32,325 nucleotides of DNA from Promethearchaeia archaeon (GCA_029856155.1 JAHQWL010000059.1:1-32325), one strand, 5' to 3'. Counted from the stretch's first letter, positions 8,138 through 18,569 are shown. Notes: a model not told the origin generated them from the letters alone. Numbers and translations are program-made.

Positions 8138-10219
8138 ATGAAAAATTTCTTTGAAGTATTATCCAGTAAGATTGGTTATTCTAGAATTGGGCGAATCATC
8201 TTTTCTAAAGAACGCAAATTATTTATTACTACTCCTAACATAATTATACCTATAAAAAGCTCCTTAATGAAACAATTTAGTTTTATTCAAGAATTTGAGA
8301 ATCATAATTTATTTACAATTTCTAAAGAATTTTTCTTGAAAATTGGTTTTATACGGGAGAAATTCAGAAATACTGGATTTATTTTTACATATCCAGGTAC
8401 TCTACAAAAATTTCAAGAAATATTAGTAGATAATAGCAAGGTATTCTCCAAAGATAATATAATATCACTTATTCCATTCAATATTCCCACTACTAGTATT
8501 TCTAAAGAATTTGCAATAAGGGAAGTAAAAAATTATCTTTTTAATATAGAAGAAATATTGATTAATAACCCAGATCTAAATTTTGGTTTAACTATAAAAC
8601 TATTTGATTATGTTGATTTATTAGATCTTTATATTCCAATTGTAAAGCAATTTAAAAATATAAAAATTATTAATTTAGCTGATGCTTTTGATAATATCAG
8701 CAATTATCGAAATATTTTGAAAATAATTGTCAAAATAAAACTAGAATTGGATAATAATATTATTATTATGGCTTCTGGACGAATAATTCCGAAGTCTTAT
8801 CCGTTATTAATTTACCTAGGAATAGATCTAATTGATTCTTCATATTTATTATTTCTATCTGCTGAGAATTTCTATGATACGATAGAATATCTATTACCGA
8901 TATATAAGATAAAATATTTACCATGTTCATGCATAGCGTGTAAAGGTAATTTGATTAACATATTACAGAATAAACATTCTTCTGAAAAGATTGATTTATT
9001 GAGCTTACATAATCTAATTACGGCAAATAATTATATGAATAAAATCAAACAATACTTGAAGTACGAAGATTTTCGAGCATTTGTGGAAAAGTCTTCTTTT
9101 GATGATACTAACTTAATTTCGATGTTAAAGATTTTAGATAAAGAATATTTTGATGTTATTAAATATGAAACTCCGATAAGGCAAAAAAGTAAAAAAATAA
9201 GATCCTTAGGGCCTTTATCATATAATAGACCTGATTTCCAGCAGTTTAGGGAACGGACAATTAACAATTTTGAACCTGAACCTTGGACAACGTTAATTAT
9301 TTTACTACCATGTTCAGCTAAGAAACCATATTCAGAATCTAAATCTCATAAAAAGTTTTACAATATTATTAGAAAATTTCCAGAATTTCCTACTTTTCAA
9401 GAATTTATTTTAACTTCACCTTTGGGTTGTATTCCTAGACAATTAGAAAATGTTTATCCTGTTAATTCATATGATATTTCTGTTACTGGTGAGTGGGATA
9501 ACGAAGAAATAAATATTACTACTGAAATGCTTATTAAATTAATAGAAAAATATGATCCAAATATACCTATTATTTGCCATTTAAATGGTGAATATCTCGA
9601 AATCGTAAAAAGAGCTTCTTCCAAATTACCTCATAATTTTCTTTTCTCAGAAATTTCTGAAAAAACCACCTCTATAAAATCACTACAATCTTTAGAGAGC
9701 TTAATTATGAATTTCAAGGATAAATATCAACCAAAAAAAAGCTATTTGGAAAGCGAGAGATATTCAAAAACATGGATTAGGAAATTTGTAAAAATCTTAG
9801 ATTATCAATTTGGGATTAATACTGGCATTAATATTATTACTAACGGTCTAAAACCGATTCGAATTAGATTTAATGATCAAATTGATATAAAAGACCTAAA
9901 AACTGATGAAAAGTTAGGAGTGTTTAAACACTCAACAGGGCAGATAGAATTAACACTTGTTGGATTTAAAAGGCTATTTACATCTTATGGTTCTATAAAT
10001 TCAAACTATATTATCTTTGACGGAGAAAAATTTCAAGGAAATACATTATTTCGAGTAGGAGTGTTAGATTATAGTCAAGATCTCATTCCTAATAATCAAG
10101 TAGTCATATTAGATAAAGGAAAGAAAAAAGTTTTAGGAAGTGGAGTGTTAATTGTTGGCTCCAATTTTATAAAAAATTCTAAAAGTGGGAGAATTGTAAA
10201 AATAAATGAATGGAAATAA
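8138..10219 (+). CDS. arcS: Archaeosine synthase subunit alpha (ArcS/TgtA2)
   Basis: TGT-like N-terminus (SRIGRI..TPN), Zn motif CSCIAC..HNL, LLPCSAKKPYSESKSH, TSPLG, YD..VTGEW, PUA-like C-terminus. ATG at 8138 (the track starts at TTG 8129). Confidence 0.9.
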   Translation: MKNFFEVLSSKIGYSRIGRIIFSKERKLFITTPNIIIPIKSSLMKQFSFIQEFENHNLFTISKEFFLKIGFIREKFRNTGFIFTYPGTLQKFQEILVDNSKVFSKDNIISLIPFNIPTTSISKEFAIREVKNYLFNIEEILINNPDLNFGLTIKLFDYVDLLDLYIPIVKQFKNIKIINLADAFDNISNYRNILKIIVKIKLELDNNIIIMASGRIIPKSYPLLIYLGIDLIDSSYLLFLSAENFYDTIEYLLPIYKIKYLPCSCIACKGNLINILQNKHSSEKIDLLSLHNLITANNYMNKIKQYLKYEDFRAFVEKSSFDDTNLISMLKILDKEYFDVIKYETPIRQKSKKIRSLGPLSYNRPDFQQFRERTINNFEPEPWTTLIILLPCSAKKPYSESKSHKKFYNIIRKFPEFPTFQEFILTSPLGCIPRQLENVYPVNSYDISVTGEWDNEEINITTEMLIKLIEKYDPNIPIICHLNGEYLEIVKRASSKLPHNFLFSEISEKTTSIKSLQSLESLIMNFKDKYQPKKSYLESERYSKTWIRKFVKILDYQFGINTGINIITNGLKPIRIRFNDQIDIKDLKTDEKLGVFKHSTGQIELTLVGFKRLFTSYGSINSNYIIFDGEKFQGNTLFRVGVLDYSQDLIPNNQVVILDKGKKKVLGSGVLIVGSNFIKNSKSGRIVKINEWK

Positions 10220-11306
10220 TACTCTTTTTAAGGATAATAAAGCAATTGTTGAGAAGATTAACTTTATTCGACGGGAAGCTTTAAAAAGGAGAATTAAATA
10301 TGGATTAGAGGTAATCGAACGTCCAATTAGTTTTTGGATAAAAGAAGATAGACTTAGAGAGGAAATTGGAAAAGAATTTACGATTATTTTACGATCAAAG
10401 GGATGCAGTTGGGGTGCAAGTAAACATGGAGGATGCTCCATGTGTGGATATTATTTAGATGCTATAAATGAAGAGGTTTCAACTACCCACCTTATTAATC
10501 AATTTGATTATGCTTATAATAATAAGATAAATGAAATTAAGCAAGACCCTCATAACTACGTTTTTAAAATCTACAATTCTGGAAGCTTCTTGGATGAAAG
10601 TGAAATACCTCAAGAAGTTAGAGCCTACATCTATGAAAAAATCTCAAAAGTAGAAAAGCTTAAGGAGTTTGTTATAGAATCACGGTTAGAATACATAACG
10701 GCAGAAAAATTAGAAGAAATTAAAGAATTTTTTGATAAAAAATACTTAGAGATTGCTATTGGGCTTGAAACTGTAGATGATTACATTAGAAACAATTATA
10801 TAAATAAAGGAGTTGTATTCAAGGATTTTAAAAGTACGTTACAACGATTAAAAGAGTATAATATTGGAGTAAGAGTGTATCTATTACTGAAACCTCCATT
10901 CATGAATGAACAAGCCGCGATTGATGATTGTTCCCAATCTATAAAAAAGTTAGTAGAACTAAACGTGAATTCAATATCAATTAACCCATTAAATATACAA
11001 AAAGGAACACTTGCAGAATATTTATGGTTTCAAAATCGCTATAGACCTCCTTGGTTTTATTCATTATTTAAATGCTTAAAAAAGTCTTTAACACAAGAAG
11101 ATTTAAACAGTGTTCGTATATTATCTGATCCTTCTGGAGCGGGAACAAAAAGGGGGATCCATAATTGCTTAAAAAGAGAATGTGAAATTTCAGCAAAAGA
11201 AAGACTAAAACATTTTGTTCTCTCTCAGGATTTGAGCGCGTTAGATCAAAATGGATATGAATGTACCTGTAAAAAAAAGTATAGCTTGAAGAAAGATTTT
11301 TCCTGA
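10206..11306 (+). CDS. Archaeosine biosynthesis radical SAM protein (RaSEA)
   Basis: GCSW..GGCSMCGY extended Cys motif, NSGSFLD, IGLET, YRPPW, GIHNC; overlaps arcS by 14 nt. Confidence 0.9.
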   Translation: MNGNNTLFKDNKAIVEKINFIRREALKRRIKYGLEVIERPISFWIKEDRLREEIGKEFTIILRSKGCSWGASKHGGCSMCGYYLDAINEEVSTTHLINQFDYAYNNKINEIKQDPHNYVFKIYNSGSFLDESEIPQEVRAYIYEKISKVEKLKEFVIESRLEYITAEKLEEIKEFFDKKYLEIAIGLETVDDYIRNNYINKGVVFKDFKSTLQRLKEYNIGVRVYLLLKPPFMNEQAAIDDCSQSIKKLVELNVNSISINPLNIQKGTLAEYLWFQNRYRPPWFYSLFKCLKKSLTQEDLNSVRILSDPSGAGTKRGIHNCLKRECEISAKERLKHFVLSQDLSALDQNGYECTCKKKYSLKKDFS

Positions 11307-11389
11307 AAAATTACACTTGAGAAATGAAAATCTCAAAAGTATATGGGATTTATTATATTGATTCTTATTATTCAATAATGAATAACTTT

Positions 11390-11438
11390 GGAAGAATTCG
11401 AACCTCCGACCAAAGCAATGCTCTAGTAACTATGCAAC
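11390..11438 (-). pseudogene. Decayed tRNA relic
   Basis: Minus strand GTTGCATAGTTACTAGAGCA-TTGCTTT-GGTCGGAGGTTCGAATTCTTCC: D-arm-like and T-arm-like parts, anticodon arm largely missing. Confidence 0.5.
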
Positions 11439-11690
11439 AAATATTTTGATTAAAAATTGAATTGATATAATATTTATATTAAAAAATTGATCAGATTTAG
11501 TAAATTGAGCATTTTAAATTAAATCCTGAAAAATGAAATCTAAAATTACTCTATGCTAAGAGAACCGATAAATCAGGGAAGGTAATCAAAGTAAACCTAG
11601 AATAAAGAGTCTAGATCTTGAGTTAAATCATCCTAAGGATTACCACAAGATAAGCAACATATAGGATAACGATGATAATTGAATAAAATC

Positions 11691-12890
11691 TTATATAATT
11701 TTATCTTGAGGCTTTTTTAGCTTCCTAGTAAGAATCATTGAGATTAAGCAGATAATACTTATTAAAATGAATAGATTATATCCGAAAACAGTAGGACTTT
11801 CTATGTCGATCTTTACACAATTTGAAATACTATTTCCATAATTATTACGAGCAACGACTATAAAATAATAAGTACCTATCGGATAATCCATTAATGCAAG
11901 CGAAAGATCTATGGTTTCATTTAATAGTAAAGTTAGGCTACCATTTATTTCAGTTATTATCCCAGAGTGTTGATAAACAGAATAATTTGAAGCCCTATCA
12001 GCAATGGTCCAATTTAAAGTAAAATTTCCATCTATATCAGGATTTCCTGCATTAGATGATAACAAAAAAGCATCAGGAGGTTGAGTCTTTACAGAAAGTT
12101 CATAATTATGAATACGAACAATTAACGGATAATAGTCAAGATAAATCCATTCAGATGAGGGTAGATGTTGATCTATGATCTGTGGACTATCTCCAATCCC
12201 ATCATTATCATTATCAAATCCATTGTAACCATTATAATAGTTACCCAGGTAATTCGTAAATGTATTGTTGCTATAAATATATTCTATTTCTACTGGTGAA
12301 GTCCATATTGTATTAGTACAACCACGAATTTCAAGTGTAATCATATTGCCAATAAAATCGTTGAAATATATAATATTGTTATCGGAGAATCGAACCGAGA
12401 TGCCACGGTAACCTTTAAAGATGTTATTCACAACGATAGTATTGTTACTCTCATACATAGCAAGTCCAAAAGAATCAAGATTTAAAGCACGGTTGTTGGT
12501 TAAATTGCCATTATTTGCTGAATTTAATTTAATACCAGAATCGTAAAAATTGTTTCCACAATTGGTTAAGGTACAATTTTCAATTATGAAGTAGTCTTCT
12601 GAGTTTTCAATAAGGATACAACTTCCTACACCTCCGCCATCTATAACTAAATCTTCTATAACATAAGGATCGGAAGAATTACCAGAACCAGTACAGATCC
12701 CTGCGATCTTTGCATCAGACCAATTATTGTCAATATAAATTCTTCCAGATATTAATGATGGTTTTAAGATATCTATTTTTACTTCATTTCTGTAATTTAC
12801 AGTGTTGAGATTAAGATCTATGCTAGATATTGATGTTAAAACGAGAACAATTCCTAATATAATCAAAAATAGATTTTTTCTTTTATCCAT
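11691..12890 (-). CDS. Surface protein: signal peptide, NosD/CASH beta-helix, FN3-like domain, Loki-CTERM-like anchor
   Basis: SDPYVIEDL, N-rich repeats, GNYY..DNDNDGIGDSP, FTLNW..YYFIVVARNNYG, PTVFGY + TM + RKLKK. Confidence 0.85.
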   Translation of the reverse strand: MDKRKNLFLIILGIVLVLTSISSIDLNLNTVNYRNEVKIDILKPSLISGRIYIDNNWSDAKIAGICTGSGNSSDPYVIEDLVIDGGGVGSCILIENSEDYFIIENCTLTNCGNNFYDSGIKLNSANNGNLTNNRALNLDSFGLAMYESNNTIVVNNIFKGYRGISVRFSDNNIIYFNDFIGNMITLEIRGCTNTIWTSPVEIEYIYSNNTFTNYLGNYYNGYNGFDNDNDGIGDSPQIIDQHLPSSEWIYLDYYPLIVRIHNYELSVKTQPPDAFLLSSNAGNPDIDGNFTLNWTIADRASNYSVYQHSGIITEINGSLTLLLNETIDLSLALMDYPIGTYYFIVVARNNYGNSISNCVKIDIESPTVFGYNLFILISIICLISMILTRKLKKPQDKII

Positions 12891-13295
12891 TGATTACACT
12901 TTTAATAACTAAAAATATATTATGATATAATTTTATAAAGATTATAACAGAAAATATTTAAATTTGATTTTAAATGAGAAATAAAATCTTAATATCAGAT
13001 CAGATCCCTTTTTTATTTCATTTCTAATTTTCTACTTATTCATCCAATTATATTTTCAAGAAATAATCTCAACTGTCAGATAATCGTATTAAAAGATGTC
13101 GATCATCTTCTTAAAAATCCCAATTACATAAAAATTACTCATAATCTTTTTTTAGGGAATTTTTCTATAAAATTCATTTTAGATTATTAATCACTTAATT
13201 TACCTTTTTATATCGGTGGGAAATAAAAACCATTATATTTAAATATTAACAACCATCATTTATTTTAAATTTCATCCACTTCGTTAGGGGATCTC

Positions 13296-13547
13296 TTGAA
13301 AAACTGGGTTAAATTAAACTTAATCTATGTTGGACAATCAACTAAGAACCACCACATCTTTAGAGCAAAACAGTGGAATAATAAATTAGAGCAAATTATT
13401 AAGAAGTCGATCTACAATGAGAAATATGTGAAGGTTGCTTATGTTAGAGATGTCTTTGGTCCCATAAAGCTCCCTTTCATCTCAATTAAAGCATTACCGA
13501 ATCAACTATTTAACCCTAATGATAAATTTTTCACTAGGATAACCTAG
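13296..13547 (+). CDS. gar1: H/ACA RNP subunit Gar1
   Basis: VAYVRDVFGPIKLPFISIK; conserved position upstream of tfb. Confidence 0.8.
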   Translation: MKNWVKLNLIYVGQSTKNHHIFRAKQWNNKLEQIIKKSIYNEKYVKVAYVRDVFGPIKLPFISIKALPNQLFNPNDKFFTRIT

Positions 13548-13590
13548 AATTTTAAAGGATCTTTTAAGATAAAAGAATATTTTAAAAAAG

Positions 13591-14568
13591 GTGTGTCATA
13601 TTTCAAATTGGAAAGAAGTGAGAGCTGAATCAGAAGATTTTTCTCATACAGAAAATGATATATGCACAGAATGCGGGGAAAACATATTTTTTGATGAAAA
13701 TAGAGGATTAGTAGTTTGTGAAGAATGTGGTTTAGTTCAATCCGAAAAACATATTGATCGCGGACCAGAATGGAGGGCTTTCGACGCGGATCAGAAAAAG
13801 AAGAGAACAAGGACAGGAGCACCTATGACTTATATGATACATGATAAAGGACTTAGCACTATGATTGATTGGAAAAATAGAGATATTTTTGGGAAAGAGA
13901 TACCCGCTAAATTGAGGGGGCAAATCTATAGACTTCGCAAATGGCAAAGTCGTATAAGAGTATCTGATGCTACTGAACGAAATCTTACGTTTGCATTAAG
14001 TGAACTCGACCGAATGGCTTCAAATTTGGATCTTCAAAAGAATTTACGAGAATGTTCAGCTAAAATATATCGAGATGCCGTTGAAGCACATTTAATAAGA
14101 GGTAGAAGTATTGAGGGGGTGGCTGCTGCAAGTCTGTATGCCGCTTGTAGAATGTATAAGGTTCCACGCACCTTAAATGAGATAGCTGAAGTAGCGAGAG
14201 TAGATAAGAAAGAAATTGGTCGCTCTTTCAGATTTATATCAAAAGAATTGATATTAAATCTAAATCCAACTAAACCCATAGATTTTCTTACTAGGTTTAT
14301 TTCAGAATTAGAATTGACTCCAAAATGCCAGAAAATGGCAAAAATAATAATTAGGATTGCGGAAGAACGTGGTCTAACCTCTGGGAGAGGTCCAACGGGT
14401 GTTTGTGCAGCAGCAATTTATGCTGCATGTATTTTAACAAATGAACGCAGAACTCAAAGAAAAATAGCTCGTGTTAGTTGTGTAACGGAAGTTACCGTGC
14501 GAAATCGCTTTAGTGAACTTGTAGAGAATCTTAACCTTGGAATATCATTAAAGAAAAGCCATAAATAG
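13591..14568 (+). CDS. tfb: Transcription initiation factor IIB
   Basis: Zn ribbon CTECG..CEECG, GPEWRAF, two cyclin repeats, VTEVTVRNR; true start possibly ATT at 13600. Confidence 0.98.
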   Translation: MCHISNWKEVRAESEDFSHTENDICTECGENIFFDENRGLVVCEECGLVQSEKHIDRGPEWRAFDADQKKKRTRTGAPMTYMIHDKGLSTMIDWKNRDIFGKEIPAKLRGQIYRLRKWQSRIRVSDATERNLTFALSELDRMASNLDLQKNLRECSAKIYRDAVEAHLIRGRSIEGVAAASLYAACRMYKVPRTLNEIAEVARVDKKEIGRSFRFISKELILNLNPTKPIDFLTRFISELELTPKCQKMAKIIIRIAEERGLTSGRGPTGVCAAAIYAACILTNERRTQRKIARVSCVTEVTVRNRFSELVENLNLGISLKKSHK

Positions 14569-14729
14569 ACATATCCTCCTTTTTGTAAGCGCTAGGGAGA
14601 TAGAAATTAAATTTATTATTGAAATGATAATGATATGTTTGATGGAAAAATGATATTATCTTCATATTATAGCATTTAATGAAATTATTCTATCAATAAG
14701 ATCATATTGATAGAATAGGTGTTCTAATA

Positions 14730-15065
14730 TTGAATAATCTTATTAACGAAAGTGAGGTTAAGTATTTCTTATATAGAATAGAAAAAAACTTTCCAAATTT
14801 TGTTGCTGGAATAATTACAGATAAGCATGGATTTCCTGTGGCATCAAAAATTTCAAAGAAATTATGGATACTTGAAAATACATTAGCCTTATCTGCGATT
14901 GCTAAAAATAGAGAATTCATAGAAGATTCTAAGCTAGTACAAATAAAAAAAGATTTAGATAGGTCAAAAAACTACAAATTATTGATACTACTAGAAAAGT
15001 CAAAAGATTATAAAAGTCGAATGAAGCCATTAAAAAATTTAATTAAAGGTCAGGATCTTTTCTAA
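14730..15065 (+). CDS. Divergent roadblock/LC7-like protein
   Basis: FVAGIITDKHGFPVAS..ENTLALSAIA roadblock pattern; about 110 aa. Confidence 0.6.
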   Translation: MNNLINESEVKYFLYRIEKNFPNFVAGIITDKHGFPVASKISKKLWILENTLALSAIAKNREFIEDSKLVQIKKDLDRSKNYKLLILLEKSKDYKSRMKPLKNLIKGQDLF

Positions 15066-15273
15066 GAATTAAATGTACTGAAAAGAATACAGAATTATTT
15101 TTTATTGTGAACCGTAGAAAAAACACTGAGTTTACTTAAATTTTTATATTTAAAATTTATTCATTAAATAAAGTAGGTGTAAGGTAAAAATATAAAGATA
15201 AGTTTAAATAAGTATTTTTTAACCTTAAAGAAACTGAAATATAAGTTGAAACAAATAATAGGTTGATAAATAT

Positions 15274-15744
15274 TTGAGTTATTCCGAGGATGAGCTTAGA
15301 TTAAAAAAAATTTTAACTTCAATTATCAATAGTGCGCCGGGATTAAAATATGCGCTTCTTACCGATGATACAGGAATAACTATTTTGAGTCAAGCTAAAT
15401 TTAAATTCTCAAGTCACAATGGGATTTCTGTAGAAAAAATTGGCGCTATTGGAGGCGCTGTTTTTGTAGCTGGTGAGGAACAAGGACACATTTTAGGATA
15501 TGGTTCTATTAACCTTCAAATAACTGAATATCTTGAGGGTATGATTTTTTCGATGAAAGTTGGGAAAGGAGTATTATGTATAGTTGCTGATAAAAATGCT
15601 CAAATTGGATTTATTAGAGCCACTATGAAAAAATGGTCTCCACACATATCGTTAATACTAAATAGATATTTAAAAGCTGATCAAGCAGAATTTACTAAAG
15701 AAGTGAAGGAACTCTTTAGATCTGATACTTTTGGTATGCTTTAA
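15274..15744 (+). CDS. Roadblock/LC7 (MglB/LAMTOR-like) protein
   Basis: PGLKYALLTDDTGITI..EKIGAIGGAVF..GVLCIVADKNAQIGFIR. Confidence 0.85.
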   Translation: MSYSEDELRLKKILTSIINSAPGLKYALLTDDTGITILSQAKFKFSSHNGISVEKIGAIGGAVFVAGEEQGHILGYGSINLQITEYLEGMIFSMKVGKGVLCIVADKNAQIGFIRATMKKWSPHISLILNRYLKADQAEFTKEVKELFRSDTFGML

Positions 15745-16365
15745 TTCCTCTAAAAATTATTTCCTTGATAGAATTTTATTTTCAAACCGTTTTCAGAGTC
15801 TTTTATCAGAGGAAACATTATAATAAAACTTTTATTTTCAATACTCTATTATATTACTGGGAAAATGATGATGGAACACTGAGCATTATCGAGGGCTCAT
15901 ACGACTAAAAAATGAATATGGTGCGCAAAAAAATGCTTATATCCTGAATTTAATAATCAGAAAATGCAAAAACTAATACGGGCTCTTTACAGAGCAATGG
16001 TACAAACCACCGCAATGAAAGTAGAGTCAGCAACCCAGATTTGCGACATGATTATGTCCCAACTTTACAAAAGCCTGACATGAGAGAACATCTTAGATTT
16101 AAAGGGAAGGATTCCTTAAAATGAATAAGACTGTGTTAGTGTTTCAGGCGACAAAAAATTTAAGAAAAACAAAATCATTATTACAACACCTCATTATAAA
16201 TTCATCAACTTTTCCTTAAATTTTGTTATACTTTAAAACATAAGCTACATAATAAAAGAACATTTTTTATTAAGTTAATTTTAAATTTGCTAATTTTATG
16301 TTTTAATAGAACTTGGAACAATGGGATATTTTATATAATTAATTAAAATTCTAGTGATTCTATCA

Positions 16366-16860
16366 ATGCACCTAGTTTTAACATATTTTCACCAAATTCA
16401 AGGACCAAACGTGTTAATATCATATCCAGATGAAAAATTAGAGGAACATATCATAAATAAACTCAAAAAGTTTTTTGACTTAGAAATCGATGAAAACTTT
16501 TTTGAAATCATTCTTATAACAAAAAAGAAGAAGATCGTCAATTTTCATTTTGAAGTTCCTTCTGAATGGGCACGCGGCAAAAAAGAATTTGCTATGCTCT
16601 CACTGATAATGAAAATAGATTACAAAAGCGAAGATTTTTATGCATTTATTGTTGACAGCAGCTATAAAATCCTAAAAACAGAGAATGTTTATAAAGCTTT
16701 TTATAAAGGGGATGATTTTCATAATGGCACTGATATAGAAATTGATGTTGCTTATGAACAGATTAGAAAGATACTTTTTAACTGTTTGACAAGTCTAATA
16801 GCTAGAATTGAGGATAAGATTAAAGGTGTAAATAAAAAAGATCCTTTCCCGTTTTCTTAA
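16366..16860 (+). CDS. Longin/uDENN-like protein with ARG motif
   Basis: LVLTYFHQIQGPNVLISYP N-terminus and HFEVPSEWARGKKEFAMLSLIM; ATG at 16366 (the track starts at GTG 16354). Confidence 0.7.
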   Translation: MHLVLTYFHQIQGPNVLISYPDEKLEEHIINKLKKFFDLEIDENFFEIILITKKKKIVNFHFEVPSEWARGKKEFAMLSLIMKIDYKSEDFYAFIVDSSYKILKTENVYKAFYKGDDFHNGTDIEIDVAYEQIRKILFNCLTSLIARIEDKIKGVNKKDPFPFS

Positions 16861-17003
16861 AATTTAAATTTAGAACGAGTATTTAATTTGAAAATATTTA
16901 GAATTGGATTTATAGATTTCTGAAGTATTTGCATATATAGTTTTTAGACTCAGATTTCTGTATTTGATTATTTTAAGAAATTTTAAAAAAAAACTTTTTT
17001 TTT

Positions 17004-17744
17004 TTATTTATTTCCAAATTTTTTGAATAATATTATACCTAATATAACAATTATAATGCTTACTATCGAAACAAAAGCAAAATCGATTAATAAATTGCTA
17101 CTTAACAAAGAAGCTCCGCTATATATCGAAGATATTGCATCTGTTGCATAATAACTAGGAAGTACCATAGCAATGGGTCTTGTGGTATTAGTAATCGGTA
17201 TAAATGTACCAAAAAACATTTGAGGTAAAATAAATATAAACGACAATCCTGTTGCAGTTCCAGAGCTTTTCGAAATTGTTGCTGTTATAAGGCCTAATCC
17301 TACAGAGCTAAGAGAGAAAATAGCCATTAATAGAAATGCTAACAATATTCCTCCTATATTCGTGCTAGGACTGAAGCCAAAAGGTAATGCAAGTATAAAT
17401 ACTAAAAGTACTTGTAACATTGCTATAATCATATTCGAAATAATTTGGCTTCCCATGAAATCTCCAGAAGTCATAGGTGTTGCATTCAATCTTCTTAACA
17501 AACCTTGTTCTCTTATATCACTGAAAGATTGAGCGACTGTCATGATTATAAATATGCAGGCATATGCAAATAATCCTGGTGCCATTGCATTAAAACTCAT
17601 CCCGAGTTCGGGATCACTAAAAGCGACACCAAAAACTAAAGTAAGCACCGCGGGAAATAAAAGCATTAGAAATAAAAATGCTGGTTCTCGAATTACTTTT
17701 TTTAATTCCATTTTTAATAATGCTATAATTCTTTGAATTTTCAT
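17004..17744 (-). CDS. ABC-2 type transporter permease
   Basis: Six TM segments, REQGLLRRLNATPM, LPSYYATDA. Confidence 0.92.
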   Translation of the reverse strand: MKIQRIIALLKMELKKVIREPAFLFLMLLFPAVLTLVFGVAFSDPELGMSFNAMAPGLFAYACIFIIMTVAQSFSDIREQGLLRRLNATPMTSGDFMGSQIISNMIIAMLQVLLVFILALPFGFSPSTNIGGILLAFLLMAIFSLSSVGLGLITATISKSSGTATGLSFIFILPQMFFGTFIPITNTTRPIAMVLPSYYATDAISSIYSGASLLSSNLLIDFAFVSIVSIIIVILGIILFKKFGNK

Positions 17745-18569
17745 TCACATCCCCTCCATAATCCTTCTACCTGTAATTTTCATAAACACACCCTCTAGAT
17801 TATCTGATTGGTATTTTTCCATTAATTCTTTAGGTGAACCAATATCCAATAATTCGCCATAATCTATAATAGCAACTCTATCGCATAATGCTTCTGCTTC
17901 CTCAATATAATGAGTGGTTAAAAATATTGTTTTGTTTACTTTTTTCAGGCTACCTATAAATTCCCATGTTTTTCTTCGAACTCGTGGATCCATTCCAACT
18001 GTGGGTTCATCTAAAAATAAAATCATTGGATCATGAATTAATGCAATTATCATGTTTAATTGACGAAGCATTCCACCACTATAGCCTTTAGACTTTCTCT
18101 TACTAGCTTTTGCAAGATCTAAAGTTTTTAAAAGAGTTTCTGTTCGTCTTTTTATCTCATCTTTTGGCATTAAATGAAGATTCCCAAAAAGTTCAATATT
18201 TTCTTTTCCAGAAAGTTGTTTAAAAACTGCAGCTTCTTGAGGACAAACTCCAATTAACTCTTTTATATTCGGTAAATCTTCATGAATATCATAACCGTTT
18301 ATTAAAGCGGTCCCATCAGTAGGTTTAAGTAATCCAATCAACATTTGAATAGTAGTAGTTTTTCCCGCACCATTTGGCCCCAAAAAACCAAATAATTCTC
18401 CAGATTTAACTTGAAATGAAATACCATCAACAGCTTTCACATCATCTAAACCTTTTTTCCCTCTAAAATGCTTCTTAAGATCTCTAACATCAATTGATAT
18501 TTCACTATTTGGATAGCGTATATTTTCAGGTTTTTCATATGGTTTTGTTCTATTTTTTATTTCTGCCAT
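17745..18569 (-). CDS. ABC transporter ATP-binding protein (DrrA-like)
   Basis: GPNGAGKTT, YSGGM, FLDEPT, TTHY; abuts the permease. Confidence 0.95.
   Translation of the reverse strand: MAEIKNRTKPYEKPENIRYPNSEISIDVRDLKKHFRGKKGLDDVKAVDGISFQVKSGELFGFLGPNGAGKTTTIQMLIGLLKPTDGTALINGYDIHEDLPNIKELIGVCPQEAAVFKQLSGKENIELFGNLHLMPKDEIKRRTETLLKTLDLAKASKRKSKGYSGGMLRQLNMIIALIHDPMILFLDEPTVGMDPRVRRKTWEFIGSLKKVNKTIFLTTHYIEEAEALCDRVAIIDYGELLDIGSPKELMEKYQSDNLEGVFMKITGRRIMEGM

Noticed and set aside
15865-15882. C/D-box sRNA (ATGATGA..CTGA)
   Set aside because: Only 7 nt between boxes and no clear C'/D pair
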